Shown here piece by piece: positions 58,401 to 64,000 of a stretch of DNA of 64,000 nt. The DNA is from an uncultured Actinomycetes bacterium. GTDB taxonomy: Bacteria > Actinomycetota > Thermoleophilia > UBA2241. The stretch is taken from positions 288,001 through 352,000 of the forward strand of contig CAVRZA010000002.1 in NCBI GenBank assembly GCA_963725665.1, in the 5' to 3' direction. The notes under the pieces are model-generated. The model had not been told where the DNA came from. It was given only the letters and a program-made list of their open reading frames with translations, and ran no database searches. Position numbers and translations under genes: made by a program. Each line of letters begins with the position of its first letter. Within the stretch, counting starts at the first letter, position 1.

Positions 58401-59939
58401 CTGGCTCTTCTCGATCTTGATGTTGCGGGCGCCCTTGGTGAAGTCGTCGATCATCGCCTGGCCGGTGGCGAAGATGACCGTGTCGCACTCGAGCTCGGTG
58501 AACGAATTATCGATCGGGACCGGCGGGCGCCAACCGCGCTCGTCGGCGTCGCCGAGCGTGCAGTACTGGAAGTCGACCTTGCTCGCGCGGCCGTCGGCGT
58601 CGGAGCTGATCGAGGTGGGCATGCAGGAGCAGATGAAGGTGATCGACTCTCCGAGGCCTTCCTCGATCTCGTCGCTTGAGGCCGGCATGGTCTCGTCGTC
58701 CTCGATGCAGGTGAGGGTGACCTTCTCGGCGCCCAAGCGCAGCGCGGTGCGTCCGGCGTCGAAGGCCACGTCGCCGCCGCCGACGACGACCACGTTCTTG
58801 CCCATGTCGACGGGGTTGCCGACGGTCGCGTCGTAGAGGAGATCGACGGCTGTGAAGACGCCCTTGGCGTCGTTGCCGGGGATGGGCAGCAGCTTGCCGC
58901 CCTGCAGGCCGGTCGCCAAGTAGACCGCCTTGTAGCCGTCCTTGAGCAGCGCATCGACGGTGACGTCGGCGCCGACCTTCTGGTCACACTTCAATTCGAC
59001 GCCCAGGGCGAGGATGCGGTCGATGTCCTGCTGCAGCGCGTACTTGGGCAGCCGGTACTCGGGGATGCCGAAGCGCAGCATGCCGCCGGGTTCGCTCTTG
59101 GCCTCGAACACGGTGGTCTTGTAGCCCAGCAGGGCCAGGTCGCGGGCGCAGGCAAGGCCGGTGGGGCCGGCACCGATGACCGCCACTTGTTCGTCGAAAC
59201 GCACCTCGGCCGGGTCGGGTAGGGGCACGTTCTCGGCGGCGTAGTCGCTCACGAAGCGCTTGAGGCCGGCGATGGCGATGGGTTCCTCGACCTCGCCGCG
59301 CGTGCAGTCGGTCTCGCACTTGTGCGTGCAGATGCGGCCGCAGACGGCGGGGAAGGGGTTGGGTTCGCTGGCGACCGTGTAGGCCTCGGCGAAACGTTCC
59401 TCGCCGATGAGGGCGACGTAGCCCTGGGCCGAGGTGGCCACGGCGCAGGCGCGCTTGCATGGCGCCTGGCCCTTCTTCGTCACGGCGTAGGTATTGGGTA
59501 TCGCTTGCGGGTAGAGCTTGTAGATGGCCGTGCGTTCGCCCTGCCCCTCGTTGAAGGAGTCGCCCACCTTGACCGGGCAGACCGGCACGCACTCGCCGCA
59601 GCTTGTGCACTTGTCGGGATCGACGTAGCGGGCGTGGTGTAGGATCCGCGCTTTGAAGCCTCCTGGTTCACCGCTGAGGTCGGCGAGCTCCGAGTTGGTG
59701 ATGAGCTCGACGTTCAGATGGCGCCCCACCTCGACCAGCCGGGGCGAGAGCGTGCACATAGAGCAGTCGTTGGTGGGGAAGGTCTTGTCGAGCTGCGCCA
59801 TGTGCCCTCCCAGGGCCGGCGCTTTCTCGACAAGGTGGACCTTGTACCCGCCTTCGGCCAGGTCGAGCGCGCACTGGATGCCAGCCACGCCTCCCCCCAA
59901 GACGAGCACGGCCCCGGTGGTCTTTGAGGCACCCGCCAT
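55470..59939 (-). CDS. hdrA: Large HdrA-like flavoprotein (HdrL type): two HdrA modules with an inserted GltD/NfnB-like pyridine-nucleotide module, 1489 aa
   Basis: GGGVAG, KTFPTNDCSMC, CTSCGECVPVCP; insert APCKRAC...VCGRICTHKCETDC, GAGPTG, GGGDVA; IQCVGSR...CSSVCC; FICHCG, CTPRTH, NIRDQCSWVH, a second GGGVAG, CSRTCC; C-terminal 2x[4Fe-4S]. Confidence 0.93.
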   Translation of the reverse strand: MAGASKTTGAVLVLGGGVAGIQCALDLAEGGYKVHLVEKAPALGGHMAQLDKTFPTNDCSMCTLSPRLVEVGRHLNVELITNSELADLSGEPGGFKARILHHARYVDPDKCTSCGECVPVCPVKVGDSFNEGQGERTAIYKLYPQAIPNTYAVTKKGQAPCKRACAVATSAQGYVALIGEERFAEAYTVASEPNPFPAVCGRICTHKCETDCTRGEVEEPIAIAGLKRFVSDYAAENVPLPDPAEVRFDEQVAVIGAGPTGLACARDLALLGYKTTVFEAKSEPGGMLRFGIPEYRLPKYALQQDIDRILALGVELKCDQKVGADVTVDALLKDGYKAVYLATGLQGGKLLPIPGNDAKGVFTAVDLLYDATVGNPVDMGKNVVVVGGGDVAFDAGRTALRLGAEKVTLTCIEDDETMPASSDEIEEGLGESITFICSCMPTSISSDADGRASKVDFQYCTLGDADERGWRPPVPIDNSFTELECDTVIFATGQAMIDDFTKGARNIKIEKSQIVVDKQTGATGRKGVFAGGDAAAVGPWTAIEAIAAGRRGARAIHNHLRGEELLPVWDEFKPEAKPDEEILRKTEVMARMPMPQLPGAARRLTWDEVNTGFSPEQAVAEAKRCLNCAICSECMECVRACGPGALLHDEVDAELEREIGAVIMATGFDAYDPGRNGEHGYGRYPNVLSSLEYERMLSASGPTVGEVLRPSDEAHPKRIAFIQCVGSRDQEHEYCSSVCCMYATKQAMLTQDHLPGADCDVLLMDMRAMGKGFDAFYQRALDRGVKYIRSRPSSIKEDPLSKNLYITLENEAGDMITAEYDMVVLSVGLEPARKAQEIAGELGIALNRHGFCELEEFKPLETGREGVLVCGPFSEPKDIPDSVAQASAAAALAMTRLADSRGSLTVEKQYPEEKDVAGQDPRVGVFICHCGSNIAGVVDVESVADYALKLPGVVFSTDTLYTCSSDSLALIRETIEKENLNRVVVASCTPRTHEPIFQDTLQEAGLNPFLFEMSNIRDQCSWVHAQWPHEATDKAKDLVRMAVARARLLDPLYKLDVPLTHAALVVGGGVAGMTAALALGEMGHEVHLVERSAKLGGRVLDIDNTIRGSDPKVFLKELEQRLIDNPNVRIHLEAELVDFHGFIGNFSSVVKESDGKRTPIDHGIVMVATGSQEQRPELYGLGSSQKVVTQMDLERMFAEGDPRLEEVKSVGMILCAGSLDENKPYCSRTCCLQSIKNAIRLKEMDPDRPVYVWYKDVRTFGLSEEYYTKARELGVIFTRYANGSEPKVDANGSLSIAYSEAALKKSIEMPLDLLVLATPTVPNEGNDVLSQMLKVPLTADGFFLEAHVKLRPVDFASEGIFLCGSAHYPKSIDESISQAYAAAARAAAILAKATLKAGGVVAEVDTEKCAACLTCVRVCPYEVPIIDLETKKAKIEAAACQGCGVCVGECPAKAITLHHYTDEQIFAKEEAFREASPHFAAAIDAGEVR

Positions 59940-60015
59940 CAAACTCTCCTTCTCGGACGCCGGACGGCAATTGGGCATTCTGCGGACCTCACGACTCCCG
60001 CGCGAGGTAGGCGCG

Positions 60016-60062
60016 AGTATAGCGTGGCGGCGGTGCCGCCGTCTACGTGAAGTGAGTCACAG
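60016..60062 (-). promoter_or_regulatory. hdrA promoter (TAGACG-18-TATACT) with an adjacent Rex/CRP-type site TGTGA-N6-TCACG (60046-60061)
   Basis: Plus strand CGTGA-AGTGAG-TCACA, 9/10 match to TGTGA-N6-TCACA, immediately upstream of the -35. Confidence 0.55.
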
Positions 60063-60113
60063 AATACATGATTTTGCGGGGGAATGCGCGTTCGGAATGG
60101 GTGTGCCTCGCCC

Positions 60114-61049
60114 TTAGGCGAACACGACCCGCGGAAAGTACAGGGACACGATCCAGTCGGGCTCGTCGACGACCTCGCTGATGCGCAGGTCGGCGCACAC
60201 GCTGCACAGCAGATAGGCGTCGAGCTCGCTCATCGCATGCTCCGCGCTGATGAGCTGGACCATCTCCCGCGCGGCGATGCAGGCCGCCTCGAGCAGGTCC
60301 TGCGCGATGCCCATCGTCACCTCGTAGCCGTGCTCGTCGAGGTGACGCGTCACGGGGCCCGGCGTGGTGAACCGTGGCCAGCGCACGTGAGCGTCGCGCA
60401 GCAGATCGAGCCTCACCGTGATGCGCATCGGCGTCTCGAGGGCGACCCCGCAGATCTCGCCGTCACCTTGGGCCGCGTGGCCGTCACCGCACGAGAAGAG
60501 GGCCCCCGCGACCTCAACGGGCAAGAGGAGCGTGGACCCGACGGCGATGTCCCTCGTGTCGATGTTGCCGCCCACGCGCCGCGGGTTGACGACGCTGTGC
60601 AGTCCGGGCTCGTGGGGAGCCAGGCCCATGATGCCGGGGAAGGGCTTGAGGGGCACGCGTCCCCCGGGAGCGTAGGTCGCCGGCGCCAGCGTTTCGGGGT
60701 CGAGCTGCCAGAGGTGTAGAGCCGGCTCCGTGAAGCCGCCGGCGAGCAGACCGAAGCCGGGTATGTTGGCGGTCCAGCCCCAGTCGGCCGTCTGCAGGTC
60801 GAGGACCGTCACCTGCAGCGCATCGCCCGGCTGGGCGCCCTCCACGAAGACGGGGCCGAAGGCGGGATTCACCTTGGCGAAGTCGAAGCGGGCGATATCT
60901 TCGACTGTCGAGGTGGGCGATATCTGCCCGCCAGAGGAGTCCAGGGTGTCGAACTCGACCACATCGCCGGGGGCCACGACAAGACATGGCTCCGTCGCGT
61001 GGTCCCAGCCGTAGTGCAGCTGGTGTCGCTCGACCCTGCGTTCCGCCAA
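60114..61049 (-). CDS. Acetamidase/formamidase family protein
   Basis: NPAFGPVFVEGAQPGD, GGNID and GDGHAAQGDGEICGVALE. Confidence 0.93.
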   Translation of the reverse strand: MAERRVERHQLHYGWDHATEPCLVVAPGDVVEFDTLDSSGGQISPTSTVEDIARFDFAKVNPAFGPVFVEGAQPGDALQVTVLDLQTADWGWTANIPGFGLLAGGFTEPALHLWQLDPETLAPATYAPGGRVPLKPFPGIMGLAPHEPGLHSVVNPRRVGGNIDTRDIAVGSTLLLPVEVAGALFSCGDGHAAQGDGEICGVALETPMRITVRLDLLRDAHVRWPRFTTPGPVTRHLDEHGYEVTMGIAQDLLEAACIAAREMVQLISAEHAMSELDAYLLCSVCADLRISEVVDEPDWIVSLYFPRVVFA

Positions 61050-61240
61050 GTCGATCCCCGCCCCTCGTAGTCGTCGCGAGCATGATAGCGGACAAGGCGT
61101 GCCTCTGCCGCTACGACCAGCCTAACAGCGCGACTGTGGGATGTTTGCCTCGCGCGACCCCGGCTGAGGCCCAGCGGGCTTCTGGTAGAGTTGGCCGGTC
61201 TCGCTCCGTCGAAACAGCGTTGTGAAGGGTGGTCGATAGC

Positions 61241-62528
61241 ATGGGAGCCATGGAGCAGTACCGCGACTACGTGATGACGGGCTTCGTCAAGCGCATCGAG
61301 CCCGTGGTGGTCGATCACGGTGAGGGCGCGACGCTCTGGGACGTCGACGGCAAGGAGTACATCGACTGCTTCGCCGGCATCTCCGTGACCAACGCCGGGC
61401 ACGGCAACAAGAAGATCATCGAGGCGGCCAAGGCCCAGGCCGACAAGCTCGTCCACGCCTGCTCGTACGTCTACCACGTGGCGGCGGTCGGCGCCCTCGC
61501 GGAGAAGCTTGCCGAGATCACCCCCGGCAAGCTGCAGAAGACCTTCTTCTCCAACTCGGGCGCCGAGGCTCTCGAGGGCGCCATGCGCCTCGCCAAGCGC
61601 TACTCGGGCAAGAGCGAGTTCGTGGCGCTCGAGTCGAGCTTTCACGGGCGCACCAATGGCACCTTGTCGATCACCGGCAACTCGGGGCGCAAGAAGGGTG
61701 GCTACACCTACCTCTCGGGCATCGCCTTCGCGCCGGCGCCCTACTGCTACCGCTGCTTCGCCGAGACGACGCCCGACAAGTGCGGCATGTTGTGCGCCCG
61801 CCGCGTGAGCGAGGTCGCGCGCCTGCACCTCTCGGGCAACGTCTGCGCCTTCGTGGCCGAGCCGGTCATGGGCGAGGGCGGCATCATCGTGCCGCCCGAC
61901 GACTACTTCAAGGTCGTCAAGAAGGTCCTCGACGACGAGGGCCTGCTGTTCATCGCCGACGAGGTGCAGAGCGGCTTCGGACGCACGGGCAAGATGTTCG
62001 CCATCGAGCACTACGGCGTCGAGCCCGACATCCTGTGCATGGCCAAGGCCATCGCCGACGGCTGGCCGCTGGGCGCCTTCACCGCCACGGCCGAGATCGC
62101 CGACGCCTTCCAGGTCGGCGACCACCTCTCGACCTTCGGCGGCAACCCCGTCTCGTGCGCCGCGTCGCTGGCCAACATCGAGTTCTTTGAGGAGGCCGAC
62201 CTCTGCGGCCAGTCGGCCGCCAAGGGCGCCGACCTCAAGGCGCGCTTCGAGGAGCTCATGAAGAGCGAGGCGCTGATCGGCGAGGTGCGCGGCAAGGGTC
62301 TCATGGTCGGCGTCGAGCTCGTCGAGGACAGACAGACGCAAGGTGCCCGCTTCGGCGGCCGCCGGGTTCGTGCGTCAGTACTGTCTCGACAACGGCGTGC
62401 TGATCGGTGTGGGCGGCAACTTCGCCAGCGTCCTGCGCATCCAGCCGCCGCTCGTCATCAGCGAGCAGCAGGTCGACAAGACGTTCGCGACGGTGGCCAA
62501 CGGCATCAAGGCCTTCGCGAAGGCGTAG
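61241..62528 (+). CDS. Class III PLP-dependent aminotransferase; one extra base near 62339
   Basis: NSGAEA, SFHGRT, FIADEVQSGFGRTG, MAKAI, STFGGNP, VRGKGLM; the C-terminus VLRIQPPLVI is in the next frame. Confidence 0.92.
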
Positions 62529-62580
62529 CCCAGGAGTAGACTACGCGTGTTGCCGGCCGCCACGCGCGCGGCCGGGCGCT

Positions 62581-62630
62581 GGGCGGGGCGGGAGCCCGAG
62601 TTCCACTCGGGCTCCCGCCCCGCCCGTTTG
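62581..62630 (+). terminator. Perfect 21-bp hairpin with a short T tail after the aminotransferase gene
   Basis: GGGCGGGGCGGGAGCCCGAGT-TCC-ACTCGGGCTCCCGCCCCGCCC-GTTTG. Confidence 0.75.
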
Positions 62631-62648
62631 TCGTCTTGCGTCGCCGGT

Positions 62649-63113
62649 TCAGCTCCGGCCGTGCCCGTTGGCGACCGGACCGCCGGAGCCCCGGCGTCGC
62701 GCACGGCGCGCCGCGTGCTCCTGCAAGGCGAACATGGCCATCATCGCGGGGAAGATGAGGAGCACGGCGTACGGGGGCCGCGCGCCGCTCGCCTGCGTGC
62801 CGGCGAGACCCCAGGTCGATGTCCCGTCGAGGAGCGCGAAGGCGACGAACGCCGCGCACCCCACCACGGCGATGAGCACCTGGATGGCCGGGTAGGGTCT
62901 CATCCGGTCGCGGTGCTCCCACAGAATCAGGCCGATGCCGTTCACGGCCACGGCGAGAGCGATGAGCGCGGTGCCGGGCGAGGAGTCGTCGCGCAACGAG
63001 AGCGCCGCTCCGAGGATCACGAGCCAGAGCGTGGAGCCGATCTGGGCTCCGAACCATGCCCCGGCGTGCCACCGGAAAGCCCCGCCTTCGCGCGCTGGCC
63101 GCTGCGTCTCCAC
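62649..63113 (-). CDS. Hypothetical 4-TM membrane protein
   Basis: WHAGAWFGAQIGSTLWLV plus three further hydrophobic segments; SD GAGGAGG. Confidence 0.65.
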   Translation of the reverse strand: METQRPAREGGAFRWHAGAWFGAQIGSTLWLVILGAALSLRDDSSPGTALIALAVAVNGIGLILWEHRDRMRPYPAIQVLIAVVGCAAFVAFALLDGTSTWGLAGTQASGARPPYAVLLIFPAMMAMFALQEHAARRARRRGSGGPVANGHGRS

Positions 63114-63436
63114 GCCCGCACCTCCTCACTGCGATCGCCGTCCGCTCGTCGTCGTGCGAGCCCGGCGGCAGCTCCGGGGCCACCGCGATCTTTCGCCTTG
63201 GCGCCCGGCGCGGACGGTGTCGCTGCCCTCGAGGGTGTATATCGGCATCTGCCAGCCCCGAGAAAAGGTGACGGACCTGTGCCGCGAGCGGCTGCGACTT
63301 CGTCGTGGCCGACTTGAACGTGGAGCGCGATGTGGGTGCCGTCGACGATCGGATCGCGCCGAAGCTTCGCCGGCCGCCGAGGCGGCCGCTGCGGTAGGAT
63401 GGCGCCGATCGGCTTGGACGTCTTGGAGGAGGGACC

Positions 63437-63760
63437 ATGGACCACGACGCACCCGGTGTGAGCGACGCCTTCGCGACGTTCCAGCGCGAAGCGCCCAGGC
63501 ACGCGGAGGCTTGGATGGGCGCCGTAATGGGGCTTGGCGCGGCCGACGCGCTCGATGAGAAGACCTCCCATCTGGTCTACGTCGGCGTGCTCGCGGCGCT
63601 GCGCCTGGTGAGCGGGGTACCCTTCCACGTCAAGCTCGCCAAGCAGGCGGGGGCCTCGCGTGAGGAGGTCGTCTCGGCCGTCCTCATTGGGCTGCCGGCG
63701 GCCGGCAACGGCGTGACGCAGGCCTTGCCGGCCGCTCTCGCGGCCTACGACGAGGCTTGA
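63437..63760 (+). CDS. Carboxymuconolactone decarboxylase (CMD)-family protein
   Basis: ALDEKTSHLVY, GVPFHVKLAKQAGASREEV and GLPAAG. Confidence 0.88.
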   Translation: MDHDAPGVSDAFATFQREAPRHAEAWMGAVMGLGAADALDEKTSHLVYVGVLAALRLVSGVPFHVKLAKQAGASREEVVSAVLIGLPAAGNGVTQALPAALAAYDEA

Positions 63761-63771
63761 AGGCCGGCTGG

Positions 63772-64000
63772 ATGGCGCGCGCCAAGCGAGTCTCCAGGGC
63801 GGTCGACCCGCGGCGGCAGGTGAGAAGGGTCATCGAGCTCCTCGACGGGCACTACGGGCGGCCCGTCTGGGCCGCCCGCCACGACCCCGTCGAGGAGCTC
63901 GTCTACACGGTGCTCTCGCAGAACACGGCCGATGTGAACACCGAGCGCACGTACGCGGCGCTGCGGGAGCGCTTCCCGACGTGGCGCGAGGTGCGCGACG
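63772..64000 (+). CDS. Endonuclease III-like HhH-GPD glycosylase (N-terminal part; runs off the window)
   Basis: MARAKRVSRAVDPRRQVRRVIELLDGHYG...DPVEELVYTVLSQNTADVN...LRERFPTWREVRD. Confidence 0.8.
   Translation, partial: MARAKRVSRAVDPRRQVRRVIELLDGHYGRPVWAARHDPVEELVYTVLSQNTADVNTERTYAALRERFPTWREVRD

Noticed and set aside
54847-59939. Selenocysteine (in-frame TGA) in HdrA or MvhD
   Set aside because: Both frames are open and the usual Sec-capable sites are Cys (TNDCSMC, CHYC, CMEGECHY).
1-64000. tRNA-Pyl, pyl biosynthesis genes, other tRNA or rRNA
   Set aside because: No pylS/B/C/D-like ORF and no cloverleaf with a CUA anticodon recognised by eye; they would have to lie outside the window.

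Overview
A 64-kb, very GC-rich bacterial chromosome segment. Gram-positive-type LexA boxes, NrdR-NrdJ, Ppm1 and the codon style suggest an anaerobic or facultative Actinomycetota, possibly Thermoleophilia-like; this is inference. I found no rRNA, tRNA, CRISPR array or transposase. Main signal 1: two methylamine methyltransferase genes, mttB (1..1323, -) and mtbB (15439..16851, +), each carry an in-frame TAG at the conserved pyrrolysine position and stay homologous after it. Yet about 25 of 60 genes in the window also end in TAG, which points to conditional or context-dependent amber decoding. Signal 2: a 16-bp palindromic operator (AYCCRWCCGGGTRRRT) sits just downstream of three promoters and appears to link tetR, the Pyl-mtbB/small membrane protein/NCS1 permease operon and a convergent aldehyde dehydrogenase into one regulon. 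Signal 3: a hdrA(HdrL-type, GltD-like insert)-mvhD-metV-metF-hdrC-hdrB operon encodes a methylene-THF reductase complex. Signal 4: a non-Pyl MttB paralogue. Signal 5: two structured intergenic ncRNA candidates (about 43474-43617 and 7489-7613). The rest is housekeeping: sdhCDAB, lon/hsp20, nrdR/nrdJ, plsC/plsY, SOS genes, an Asp23 operon and transporters. About ten single-base frameshifts in otherwise intact genes look like long-read assembly errors. All calls come from reading the sequence by eye; no searches were run.
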